Below, piece by piece: positions 11,772 to 25,049 of a DNA stretch of 64,000 nt. Source of the DNA: Eledone cirrhosa (lineage: Eukaryota); assembly GCA_964016885.1 (NCBI GenBank), contig OZ024743.1:297910001-297974000 (forward strand), in the 5' to 3' direction. The stretch's first letter is position 1; every line of letters begins with the position of its first letter. The position numbers were made by a program, and so were the translations under genes. The notes under the pieces were generated by a model. That model was not told the origin of the DNA. It saw nothing but the letters and a program-made list of their open reading frames with translations, and searched no databases.

Positions 11772-14509
11772 TGTGGTAATAAAGTTTTTACTTCATGGAA
11801 GTCAAAGGCATTAAATATAAGGATTTGTTACCCGATGGTCATAATACAAGGCTGAAGTTGGTAGAGACATCTTAGGCTCTCATCTCAGGCTGCACGTTGC
11901 ATTGAGCTTGGTAACGAAAGGGTCGTCAAGAAGGAATCACAAGCTAAGGTCGAAGGTGTTACCCCTTCAGGAATCAGGAGGCGAGAGAGAGATTTCGTGG
12001 TAAACCGCTCCTTTTATATCTGTTGACTGGAAGTGACCACCAAGGAGTCTGTCAACCCCAAAGGGAAGCAACTCCACCTACTTCCTGTCTAGAGAGCGGT
12101 GATGAGATTGTCATGGCAAGGGAGGCAACTCTTACTACATTATCCCCCGCCAGATTTTTAAAACATAAAAATCGAAAGAAGCATGCATGGAGTAAGATGG
12201 CGAGCATGTAAGAGGCATGAAAACTATGGTACAGAGTAATGGAAGTAAGAGAAGAGGTCAAAAGTTCAAATATCTAAAATACAGTTAACATGTGTGCAGT
12301 CACATGACAGCAGTAAAGAATGTGTTCCAGAGAATGAATGCAGGTGGTTTCTGGTCTGTGGTATAACATGAAATGTCCAACTTCCGAAGGGAATTTCTCA
12401 CAGGCAGAGTGCTGCAGAAATAAATTGTCTGGCTTGTTCTGCTGGTTTTAGTTGTTGATGAAGCTGTGTTGTTGTCGTTGATGTTGTGAATGCGTTGACC
12501 TGGAAGGGTCAAGAGGCCAGCGACCAGAGAAATAAGCATTCTTAATAAATGCGCGGTTTTCAACGGTAAATTTACGTGGTAAATTTATAAACCGGCAAAT
12601 AGAAGAATATAGCTTAAAATGTTCGTTGTAAAGGAAACGAAAAACATATATATACATCCAGTGAAATGGTAATGAGAGGTACATTGCAATACAATAAATC
12701 AATAAATAACAAGAACAGCAAAAAAAATATATATATATAAGGCTCCAATGGCCAGTTCACATAAAAATAGTTTGGCAGAACTTTTTGGGCCAGTGGACTC
12801 TCCGACCGGAACGGGTCGTAGTCTTGTATGTAGGTGAAGGTGGGGCAGAAGGAGCAGGTGTATGCACAAGAGAGAAAGATTGGGGTATTTGTGGCTCGGG
12901 TGTATGAGCGTCATTGTATGCCCCTTTTAGTCTATCCACCGAAATTGTCTCTCTGGACCCCTTAACGTCTACAGTGAAATGTTTGTCAGTGCGTACTAAC
13001 ACACGGTAGGGTCCAGAGTATGGTTGTGTGAGGGGTGGTCTCACAGCATCGTTCCTTACGAACACATGGGTCCACGAGGCAATGTCCCTCGGGACCGCAG
13101 GTTTTACAGTTTGCTTCCTCGTATCCATCGGCGGCAGGTCCTGTAAATAAGAACGCAGACGGGATACGTAGGAAAGCGGATCTTGGAAAGCAAGATCAAC
13201 AGGGGCAAGCATTTTCCCAGGCAACGCTAGAGGAGCACCGTAAATTAATTCGGCCGGGGAGAACCCAAGGTCTTCCTTTATTGATGACTGAATTCCTAAT
13301 AACACAATAGGAAGGTACTCGCTCCAACGTTGAGAGTCTGGATAGGCGCGAAGAGCGGCCTTTAATTGGCGGTGGAATCGTTCCACCATTCCATTTGAAG
13401 CAGGATGATAGGCTGTGGTCCGAATCCGTTGAGCTCCAATTATTTTGGTGAGCTCAGAGAAGAGATGGGACTCGAATTGTCTACCGCGGTCTGTGGTGAG
13501 TGTAGTTGGTACCCCAAAGCGGGTAATCCACCCTGATACCAGGGCACGTGCTACAGTCTCAGCAGTCATGTCTTGTAAAGGGATGGCTTCAGGCCATCGC
13601 GAAAAACGATAGACACACGTCAATATGTAGAAATATCCACTGCTGAATGGCCAAGGTCCAACGATGTCAATGTGGATGTGTTGGAACCGAGCATCTGGAG
13701 TGGTGAAAGTACCCAGTGGAGTCCGGATGTGTCTATGGATCTTCGATTTCTGGCAAGCGATACAGGAACGGCACCAAGCAGCAATGTCGCGCCTCATATT
13801 TGGCCAGAAGAATCTGGCTGTTATGAGTTTAACTGTGGCAGTAGATCCTGGATGAGAAATGTTGTGCAAAGCCAGGAACACAATTCGACGGTGAGTCTCA
13901 GGAACACGTGGTCGTGGTGCATCAGTGGATACATCACAAAGAATCTGCCTGTCGGTGGTCGACAAGGGCAGATATTTGAAAATGCAAGTCGCAAATTCAG
14001 TAGAAAGAGTGTCCAACGATTGGAGTGCAGATTGGTCTGCAGCTAAACGACCTAAGTCGATATCCTGGGATGACGAGATGGAGCTAATTGGCAAACGTGA
14101 TAATGCGTCTGCAACTATGTTGTGCGAGCCGGCAATGTGCTGGATATCGTTTGTAAATTGTGAAACGTAGTCCAGGTGCCTTGTCTCTCTGGGCGAATAT
14201 CTGTCGGCTTTGGCCCTCAAAGCGAAGGTCAACGGTTTGTGGTCGGTAAAAACCGTAAAATTTCTCCCCTCAAGGATATGAGAGAAATGTTTCACCGACA
14301 GATATATGGCTAATAATTCCCGCCCAAACGTGCTATTCAGGAATCAGGAGGCGAGAGAGAGATTTCGTGGTAAACCGCTCCTTTTATATCTGTTGACCGG
14401 ACGTGACCACCAGGGAGTCTGGCAATCCCAAAGGGAAGCAACTCCACCTACTTCCTGTCTAGAGAGCGGTGATGAGATTGTCATGGCAAGGGAGGCAACT
14501 CTTACTACA
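11772..14509 (-). mobile_element. Internally deleted Ty3/Gypsy LTR retrotransposon
   Basis: 174-bp direct repeat at 11966-12139 and 14336-14509, starting TGTAGTAAG on the minus strand. PPT GGCGGGGGATAA at 12140-12151. The 3' LTR probably ends ...ATTACCACA at 11772 (boundary uncertain). RNase H-integrase ORF lies between the repeats. Confidence 0.92.
12757..14335 (-). CDS. Gypsy pol remnant: RNase H C-half, HHCC zinc finger, rve integrase, TRSGR tail
   Basis: [37 protein letters not shown]-x3-H...C-x2-[44 protein letters not shown]. The frame is uninterrupted but has no start (gag, PR and RT are deleted). Confidence 0.93.
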
Positions 14510-15260
14510 CATTCAATTTCACTGGAAATCATGTAAATTGTAATAGCATGGAAGAGATGTTATCATTCGATTTTGGTCTGGGTGAAATTTTAATTCAAAT
14601 CTGTCTTCCCTTTTAACCAGTCTTAGGTTTGATAAACACAATCACAAACGATATTAAACAATCTTAGTGATTATTTCCTCCATGCTTTAAAATAGTTGGC
14701 ACACATTGGTGTTCCAATAATGTAATAAATTGAGAATACTTAAATTCTTCTATCACCAAATTATCAACTTTCTAGCGATTACATTCGTGAACCTTTTTTT
14801 CAAATTACAATTCTATGTGAAAGCGCTTTATTTTAATCATGATGAGGTGGCCGAGTGGTTAAGGATATGGGCTGCTAATTCATTGATAACCTCCCTCGTG
14901 AGTTCCTATCTCATCCTTGTCGACGCCTTTGCAATACCTTTTAAGCTTAGCCTAGAATCTTTTGTCTAATCTTCAATTCATTATACGTTCATTTGTTATT
15001 ACATTTTAGTACAAAATCTATTTTAATCATAAACATTGTCCGTGCTCCTAATATAAAATAGGTGGAGAAAACTGAAATTCTTCTAATCCCTAATTACCCA
15101 CTTTCACTTGATTACATTTGTGACACTTTTCTTAAATTTAAATTTCATATGTGAAGAGTTCGGATTTTCGTTCGCGCCTGGATGGCCGAGTGTTTGAAAC
15201 GATGTACTGGTAAGTTCGATTCCCAACTTCGTTTACGCTTTTGAAACGATATTTACATTT
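14510..15260 (+). repeat. Highly decayed terminal remnants of the tRNA array unit
   Basis: ATTCAATTTCACTGGAAATC... resumes the unit sequence at about nt 509, followed by a second partial copy at about 15030-15260. Confidence 0.8.
14841..14922 (+). pseudogene. tRNA-Ser(GCT) pseudogene
   Basis: GATGAGGTGGCCGAGTGGTTAAGGATATGGGCTGCTAATTCATTG...GTTCCTATCTCATCCTTGTCG with a broken B-box. A further remnant lies at about 15180-15235. Confidence 0.85.
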
Positions 15261-16038
15261 CATCTCAAGTTTCGTGCAGTATTTTCTTCAGTATGTGTTC
15301 ATTTTCATTTTGTCATTTCATTTCGTTTCCACTTATCTTCAATAATAATTTAACTTTTGGTGTCAATACGTATTTTGCCTGAACACATATCTGACAATTT
15401 TCATTTTTCGTAATGGTTTTAACTCTCTCACCTTCCTACAAACACATTATGCACTTTTTTACACACTCATACATACATAAAACAACTCATTCAGCATAGT
15501 TCTATATTTAAATAGGCGTGTTGACTTTAATTTTTTCAGTTTTTCCTACAAACGCACCCGAGGCGACTTCTTTTTTTATGATACAGAACTGCTTGTTTTA
15601 CTGTGTTTATTTCTATCTAAACCTTTCATCGTTATTTTATGTGAGGATCTTTGTTAAATTATAATCCAAACAGTATCTTGATAATGAGGAAGTTCGTTAT
15701 ATTTCTAATATCCTCGAAATTTTCTTTTAGCACTTGTAAAGTAATTTGAAAATCAGAGTCTGTGCCTTTCATTAGATACGTGGTAACGAAAGGGTTATGT
15801 CATGTTATTACGATGATCGACATCAATCTATTCATTCAACCCACACACTTACTCATTTACGAGCTTTTGCGTGTGTAGTCAACAGAAACTGTGAGTTGTA
15901 CTAAAATACTGTTAAGTACTGTTCACTGTTCGCACACGCTGTACCCTTTTAATCTTAATGAATCTTTACATCCGCTCTAGAGCTGAATGGTTGGTGTAGT
16001 AATACGCACGCTCACACACACATACATATCATACATTC

Positions 16039-16207
<169 letters not shown>

Positions 16208-16699
16208 CAACCATTTCAATTTAACATATAAGGAGTGATGTTTCGGGGATGTGACTGACATAAACTATCTTAGAAAGCCCAACAACCAAATAAGGCTGTT
16301 AAACTACTTTATTTATCACAAACAACTTTCTTCGGACAACAAACGTGATTACAGAACAATGTCTTCTCTGTAAGATTCATTTACAAAACTGAGAGATGGA
16401 AGCATTTGTAATTTACTACTTATACAATTTAAATTACTACTTATGCAAATTGTACATCCGAAAAGTATGTGTATGTGTATATATTTATTCACCATTGTAT
16501 AAAAACATTACAACAGAATGAAAATATTGACTCAAATAATATATACAATACTTAATGAATACTTAATTCAGAATGAAAATAAAAACATAAATAATAAATA
16601 CAATTAATGATTGCTAGGAACATTATAAATATAATACACAAAAATATATGATCACAGTGAGAGAAAAAAAAACAAAAAAAAGAAACAAACAAAAAGAAT

Positions 16700-16910
16700 C
16701 AAGTCACCACCATGTACGTCAATGGGTTACACATCACAGGGGGCAACGGGAATTTTTGATACAAGCCAACACACTCGCGGTAATGCCGCAAGTGATGGAA
16801 AGGCTAGAGTGCTGAAACAAGCAGGCACCCTCGAGTGCATCACCTGAACCTCAGCAAGTCAAGCTGCTAACGATGACAAAGAACTTCGTTGTCAGCCGCC
16901 CAGTTCCCCC
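16700..16910 (-). mobile_element. CRE-like (RLE endonuclease) non-LTR retrotransposon 3' relic
   Basis: Minus strand reads ...SGDALEGACLFQHSSLSITCGITASVLAC; homologous to 58515-58725. Confidence 0.6.
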
Positions 16911-17449
16911 ATACATACCGTTTTTTTCGGAATGCGTCATTTTAATAATACGCATCCATATTTGGGAGACACAAACTGGTAAAATGTTATTGTATTATGC
17001 AATGTTTTTTATTGTGTGTATAGGACGCTGGAGTATCTCGACATAATTTGTTTGTAGGAGAAGGTTAAAAATGGGTCTTATAACCGAAATATACGATATA
17101 TGCATATAATTGTGTCACAGCGTGGTATGCATTTTCCTGTAGAAATTTAAATATATATATATATATACACACATATAACATGCACTTATGCACAAATGTA
17201 CACATCAACATACACATACATGCATATACACAAACATACACATGCACACATATACGTACACACACATATATACACATACCTATACAGATTTATTATTGGT
17301 CGTGAAGGTGGCTGAAGAAGGAAGATAATATAAAGCGGTTCATAAATGGGGTGAGTGGGGTGGGAAGGAGGTGGGAAAGGGAGAAATGTTTGTCGAGTTA
17401 TATAGTATACAGTTCTGGAAGCAAACTGGTTTATAGCCTCTATAAGTGG

Positions 17450-18085
<636 letters not shown>

Positions 18086-18468
18086 TACACTCTACCATAG
18101 CATAGAGTGCTGATTTTGGTACTTGCTTCAGTAATTGACAAATCTACTGAACCACTTATTATATATACTAGCAGAAAAACCACCCTTCGCATGTGTAGTG
18201 TGTATATTGATATTATACGCAAGTATATATGCATGTCGATATGATACATCAAATAAAATCGTAATTGACAATATACACAGAAATTGAACGAAGACTGTAT
18301 TACACTGACTTATGTAATCAGTAACGTAATCTATGATAGATTTTAAAAAAAGACGATATTATATATAAACTGCATTAGGAGAAAATTAGTGACAGAAAAT
18401 TAATATGTTTATTTAACACCGGGAGTGTTGACATTTGAAAATGTTAAAGAAGTGAATCTTTAAATAAA

Positions 18469-19085
18469 TAATTGTTTCTACTTTTGGTACAAGGACAGCA
18501 ATTATTCAGTACATTACTGGTACTTTATTTTATCGACCACGTAAGGATTTGAACTCAGACCTTAAATGGACGTAACTATGCTGGAAAGTATGGTGTCCGA
18601 CCCTCTACCGATACTGCCAATTCACCGCCTTTCAATCTTTAAATAAATAATAAAATATATTTAATGAATAGCCACGAAATTTAGTAGATAAATTATGTAA
18701 TATTCATTCATTAAGAGTTACGGCCCTTGTCTCATAGAGTTACGGCCCTTGTCATTCTGAGTTCAAATCCCGCCGAGGTTAACTTTGCCTTTCATCCTTA
18801 CGGGGTCGATAAAATAAAGTACCAGTAATGCACTGGGTAATTGCTGGCCTTGTGCCTAACGTAGAAACAATTATTTATTCAAAGTAAAGGGCGGTGAATT
18901 GGCAGTATCGGTAGAGGGTTGGACGCCATGCTTTCTAGCATAGTTACGTCCCTTTACACTCTGTGTTCAAATCCCGCCGAGGTTAATTTTGCCTTTCATC
19001 CTTACGGGGTCGATAAAATAAAGTACCAGTAATACACTGGGATAATTGCTGGCCTTGTGCCAAAAGTAGAAACAATTATTTATTC
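18469..19085. mobile_element. Cluster of three tRNA-derived SINE copies with a Deu/Nin-like core: 18469-18630 (-), 18725-18880 (+), 18889-19085 (+)
   Basis: Head GGCAGTATCGGTAGAG...GTTCAAATCC, core TTTGCCTTTCATCCTTACGGGGTCGATAAAATAAAGTACCAG. More copies at about 30190, 33005, 35550, 36850, 48970, 50215 and 58355. Confidence 0.85.
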
Positions 19086-19330
19086 AAAGTAATCCAACTT
19101 ATTTTACTAATGGGATAAAAAATTATAAACCGTACACAGTCCCGCGCTTCTTACTTTATTATAGTTTAGATATGTGTGTGTGTGTGTGTGTGTATGTGTG
19201 TGTGTGTGTGCATGTGTGTGTTTATATATATGTATGTATGTATCTATGTGTGTGTGTGTGTGTGTATCAGTTTAATGATTGAATGGTTTAATTATTGCTT
19301 ATGTCAGAAATCACCTGTCATACATGCAAA

Positions 19331-19369
<39 letters not shown>

Positions 19370-19458
19370 ATGAAAAATGAGAAAGTTGACAATTTGTAGA
19401 ACGGCTGAAACTAATTTCAAAAACGAATCAGTGAAGCTAAGTTTCGGTTCATAAATCA

Positions 19459-20536
19459 TCTATATATATAAAACTGTGGTTGTCTGTCTGTCTATCGATT
19501 TTTGGCACACATCTCCTCTTAGAATCTCTCACGGAATTGCACCGAAATTGCTATACTTGTACATTGAGCCCTAGCGAAGACATCGGAAAAAAAAATATTT
19601 CAAATTGACCCACCCTATGTGACGAAATCGAATATAATGTATCGATTTTTGAGCGTAAGTTATCAGTTATTTCCCTTTGTTCTGTTTACATTGAGCGTCT
19701 TACGTAAAAAATTACGCTGGCTTTCTCAGTCTTTGTTAATAAATAACCAGTGCAGTTTTTATCCCCAGCATCCTCTTTTGTTATAACATTCGGGTTATCG
19801 TTATGTTTTCTTAACTTCATAAGGCATATTGTTGGTTGAGGGAATATTAATCAAAAACACCACATGCAAGTCTGCACAGTAGACACTACAGTTTTTAAGC
19901 CAAAAAAGAAACTTAACATTGTAACTTTAACACAGCTACTGAGCGACCCCGTTTTGCTTCATTTCCATTTAAAAGCATTTTAAAACAATATTTTTACTTG
20001 AAAACAAGTCTATTTAAAGACTACGTAAAACAAGCAAATATTTCGTCGTTAGGCGTGCAGACAGACAGTCGTGCAGACAGACAGTCGTGCAGAGAGGTGA
20101 TATAGGCGTGCAGACAGATAGTCGTGCAGAGAGGTGATATAGGCGTGCAGACAGACAGTCGTGCAGAGAGGTGATATAGGCGTGCAGACAGACAGTCGTG
20201 CAGAGAGGTGATATAGGTGTGCAGACAGACATAACTGATAATTTGGTTACGCTAATGTTTTTCTCTGCGTTGCAGTGTTTACATTTTCGATCTTTGTTAA
20301 TAAATAACCAGTGCAGTTTCTATCCCCAGCATCCTCTTTTGTTATAACATTCGGGTTATCGTTATGTTTTCTTAACTTCATAAGGCATATTGTTGGTTGA
20401 GGGAATATTAATCAAAAACACCACATGCAAGTCTGCACAGTAGACACTACAGTTTTTAAGCCAAGAAAGAAACTTAACATTGTAACTTTAACACAGCTAC
20501 TGAGCGACCCCGAGCAACGCCGGGCTTTACTGCTAG
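19459..20536 (+). mobile_element. Non-autonomous Helitron, copy 1
   Basis: A|TC 5' end, subterminal hairpin CCCGAGCAACGCCGGG, CTAG|T 3' end, internal duplication and a 37-bp minisatellite at 20051-20230. Confidence 0.88.
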
Positions 20537-20539
20537 TAA

Positions 20540-21818
20540 TCTATATATATAAAACTGAGGTTGTCTGTCTGTCTATCGATTTTTGGCGCACATGTCCTCT
20601 TAGAATCTCTCACGGAATTGCACCGAAATTGCTATACTTGTACATTGAGCCCTAGCAAAGACATCGGAAAAAAAATATTTCAAATTGACCCGCCCTATCT
20701 GACGAAATCGAATATAATGTATCGATTTTTGAGCGTAAGTGATCAGTTATTTCCCTTTGTTCTGTTTACATTCAGCGTAGCGTCTTACGTTCTCTTTACA
20801 TTTTCTGCGTGCAAAAATTTAAAAAATGATTTCCCTTTGTTCTGTTTACATTCAGCGTAGCGTCTTACGTTCTGTTTACATTTTCTGCGTGCAAAAATTA
20901 AAAAAATTACGCTGGCAAAAATTAAAAAAATTACGCTGGCTTTCTCAGCGTTTAAAATGACATTAACACAATACACGAACAGTTGTCGAGCCAGCAAAAT
21001 TTTGACCTGCAAAATTCATCAGTTCGAACACTAAGCTTCCGTTTTGCTTCATTTCCATTTAAAAGCCTTTTAAAACAATATTTTTACTTGAAAACAAGTC
21101 TATTTAAAGACTACGTAAAACAAGCAAATATTTCGTAAAAAAAAGCAAAAATTATATAAGTTTATTTAAAATATATGTATCTGTAAATTTCGTTAGGCGT
21201 GCAGACAGACAGTCGTGCAGACAGACAGTCGTGCAGAGAGGTGATATACGCGTGCAGACAGATAGTCGTGCAGAGAGGTGATATAGGCGTGCAGACAGAC
21301 AGTCATGCAGAGAGGTGATATAGGCGTGCAGACAGACAGTCATGCAGAGAGGTGATATAGGCGATTATTTCCCTTTTATGGAATGAGCAGACGATTAGCG
21401 AATGTGCAGACGATTAAGTAAATCTTTAGTAGAGTGAATTGGAATCTCCAGTTTGTTTAATAGCTTCATTTGCACTGTACTGCCTTTGTATGCTACAACG
21501 CTTTAAAAGTTCGGCGAGTTCATTACTTCGTAAGTTATTGATATTTATTTTTTTATTACGACGGTTAGCAAACTTTCCCTATTAAACGTTTAAATTAATT
21601 TTACGGTCTTATAAGGCTGAATTTACTTTAATTCGGGTTATCGTTATGTTTTCTTAACTTCATAAGGCATATTGTTGATTGAGGGAATATTAATCAAAAA
21701 CACCACATGCAAGTCTGCACAGTAGACACTACAGTTTTTAAGCCAAAAAAGAAACTTAACATTGTAACTTTAACACAGCTACTGAGCGACCCCGAGCAAC
21801 GCCGGGCTTTACTGCTAG
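20540..21818 (+). mobile_element. Non-autonomous Helitron, copy 2, head-to-tail with copy 1
   Basis: Same termini (A|TCTATATATATAAAACTG ... hairpin ... CTAG|T) and a minisatellite at 21195-21363. Confidence 0.88.
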
Positions 21819-22137
21819 TACACGATAAAATACTGTGCAAAGTATAGCTTATAACAGGATTTGAATGAAGTAAAGCAAATTAGCCCCATGAGACGAGATG
21901 AAATGTTTCATGGAACCAATATAATCATCATGGTCACTTGTAAAATTAGATTTTAAATTTCAGAAGTTGGGAATATATTGTTTTTTTTTCTGTTGTTGTT
22001 GCGCTAATAGAAATATTTGTATGAGTTTGTGTACAACTTAATTCCTAGGGATGAAATTCTCTACAAAATACACAGATAAAATTTTATCTATCTCTCTATC
22101 TACACACGCGCGCGCGCGCGCACACACATACACACAT

Positions 22138-22186
<49 letters not shown>

Positions 22187-22187
22187 C

Positions 22188-24720
22188 TACCAGAAGCACC
22201 CGGCGTTTCCCGGGAATGAAATTGTTCCTTATATATTAGAAGAAAAAAAACGAAAATTTGTTGTATAGAAATGTATTATTCTAAATTCAATTTATTCTTC
22301 AATTGTGATACATGATGAAATCAATTCTGAATTCTTAATACAAAAAAAAAGAAGAAGAATAAGAAGAATTAAAAGCGAAAATACAAAATACAAAATTTAC
22401 TACTTTCATGAAGGGAGATAAATTCTATCCCATATGTTGAAGGAAATCTCATAAGACCTGGGTAAACAACATTCTTTGTTTTCTGGTTTGGGGCTTAGAC
22501 AAATAAGTCTTGTAAACTACCCACCCTGGAGCAACCAGCATAAAGTTGACCATGAGAAAAGCAAGACTCAATTATGTGCAAGCCAGTCGATTTCAAAGTC
22601 TGACCTTGAGCTTTATCGATAGACATTGCGAAGCAGAGTCGCACTGGGAATGTGTTCGTTTCAACTCAAATGACGTCTGTTGGTTTGATTGGAATTCTTG
22701 GAATGAAAACCTCTTCCCCAGAAGCACATCTAGTTATGATGGTAGCTTCAATCACATTAGGTGATAATGTCTTCACAATCAACCTTGTCCCATTGCATAA
22801 TTTCGGAGGATCTAAATTTCTTAGAAGTATTATTAGGAATCCTATCTTCGGAAAAAGTTTATGTGGAGGAGTTCCAGGTGGCTCAAGAGAATTAAGGAAC
22901 TCTGTTGGGTAGTGGACAGCTTGATTTTCATCAAGGACTGAATCAACTGATTTGTACTCCTTAATGTCCGTTGGAGTCTTATTCATTAATTCATGGTTAA
23001 TCCTTGCTACTGTCTTATTTTTTTTAGCAAGATTTGCCCTTTCGCACAACCATTTATGTGAATTATAATTATTACTTAAGTCTGGAAATACCCGGTTCTT
23101 CAATTCAGCTGGGGAATTCACCATGATAGCAATATGAGCCAAATTGATATCACTGTTCCCATCAATTGGTACTTTCCCATTTCCTAATTGGGGGAGTCGG
23201 GTTGGAAACTCTTCTGTACATTGATCCCCATATAATAAAGCTCGCATGTTAGTATTGGAGGAGAATTTCTGTACTTCATTCCATAAGTGCGAAGACAATG
23301 CATGCTTTTATTTCATCAGCTCTTGTTCTCCTCAGAATGACTGGTAATGTCTGTTTGAAGTCTCCTGATAAAACTAATGTAACTCCTCCCATAGATTTAT
23401 TGTTGCCTCTTATGTCCTGTAAGGTCTTATCAGAGATTCCATTGTACCTCTATGCGACATGGTATATTCATCCAAATTATCAGATGGCATTGGCGCAACA
23501 CTTCTGCTGAACCTGAACCTTTGCTTAAGTTACAAATTGGATTGTCATTTGTGACCAGGTTTAGCGGTAATTTAAAAGCAGAACGAGCAGTTCGTCCTCT
23601 TGGGAGAAGGGTGACAGCAATGCCAGACGATGCTACAGCAACTGCAATCCTTTTCTGTTGCCTTACCTTCGATAAAAGCAATGTTGTACAAATGTTTTAC
23701 CTGTGCCACCTGGAGCATCAAGAAAGAAAATTCCTCCACTTTTTTCTCTGACTGACGAAATAATTTTATCACATGCACAGCATTTTTCTAGAAGTTTAGC
23801 TTCATGTTCATTCACAAATGCAGCCAACTCTGAGATGTCATAATTTGCCCCTCTTGCTATGTCTCTTGAAGTTAAATCATTAATTTGACGGTTTGTTTTT
23901 GGCAGTCCAAAGCCAGACTCTTGTAAATGTTTACCTCCCATTGCAAAAACTTTATCCTCAATTTCAATCAGAGAACTGAAATTTTATATCTGGGTTTGCT
24001 GATGAACTGCATTCTTTAAGTCCTCAACCATGTCCTTACGATGTTTCATCCAAAGCTGTAAGGGACTGCCAAGTTGACACATGTTCAGCATAATTTCAAA
24101 AAGGTTACAGAGTTTCGTTGGAGAATCTGACACTGATGTTTCAGTCAATGCAAGGTCCCAATGCTCATCATTTTTCTAAAAATATTGTGTTGATAGCATG
24201 CTTCCTTATAAGTGTCACACACATGACCATTTACCCTCCTCAAATCTTGGAATGATTTGGGACAACGTACTTCATGCAAAAGGAGCCGTAATTAGTAGCA
24301 TTCTGCTTGGCTTGGGTAGGCACTGTAAACTCTTGCAAGAGGGTCAACCCCACGTTTCCTCTTGTACCATTTATTGCTTCTCCAGGTGTAATACTTGGAT
24401 AATTCTAGGTAAAGGAGTTTTCTTGCATCTTCATTTTCTTGACACAACTTAAAAAAGGCAGTCAGGGTAGTTTCTTTTGGAGAAAGTGTTTGTTGCAAGG
24501 ATGTTTGTTTAGATAACTCTTTGGCCATTCTCTAGATGGACACTCAGATGAATGATAGCTGGGTGTCTCTCATGAATGGGAAAATTGAAGATGCGCCAAA
24601 AAGCCTCATTGTTACTGATGTATCTTCCTCTCTCATACTGTACAACTTTGTCATTTTTATTTATCTGCTGACTGACAATCTGCATAAGAGTAAATGTTGC
24701 AGCATCTAAACCTTTGTATA
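22188..24720 (-). mobile_element. Decayed autonomous Helitron (RepHel): end of Rep plus PIF1 helicase
   Basis: FFLDAPGGTGKT, AVASSGIAVTLLPRGRTA, LLRNLDPPKLCNGTRL, IPRIP, ETTLTAFFKLC across frameshifted ORFs. 3' hairpin CCCGGGAAACGCCGGG followed by GTAG near 22190. Confidence 0.93.
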
Positions 24721-25049
24721 TATATTTGCGTTGAGAGCCAGGGACAGAAGAAAGAGAGAAACGTTTTGAGCAAATGAGAGAAATAGCAGTAAATATAAGA
24801 CGACAGAAACGTACTGCCGAGGTTATTAAGGTAATTTATTTCCTAACGTCCTGATAAGATGGATGTGAATTTGGTTTTCATTTTCCTCCTCATTCACTTT
24901 TTGTTTCCATGCTTCATTCTAATTTTCGGCTCGCAGTAAAATATCAATTTAAAGATATAATGTTTGAAGTCAGTTGATTCACAGATAACCATAATTTGGC
25001 ACAAATTATGTATAGAAGCAGCAAAGATTTCGCTTTTTACACGCATACA

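Noticed and set aside
12052-12702. Small ORFs between integrase and the 3' LTR as an env-like gene
   Set aside because: Short, discontinuous, and without fusion-protein motifs; treated as 3' UTR
20014-20232. Repetitive Cys/His ORFs (also 21152-21343)
   Set aside because: Translations of the Helitron internal minisatellite
22666-23941. Host PIF1 helicase gene
   Set aside because: Frameshifted, intronless, preceded by Rep-region motifs and followed by a Helitron 3' hairpin
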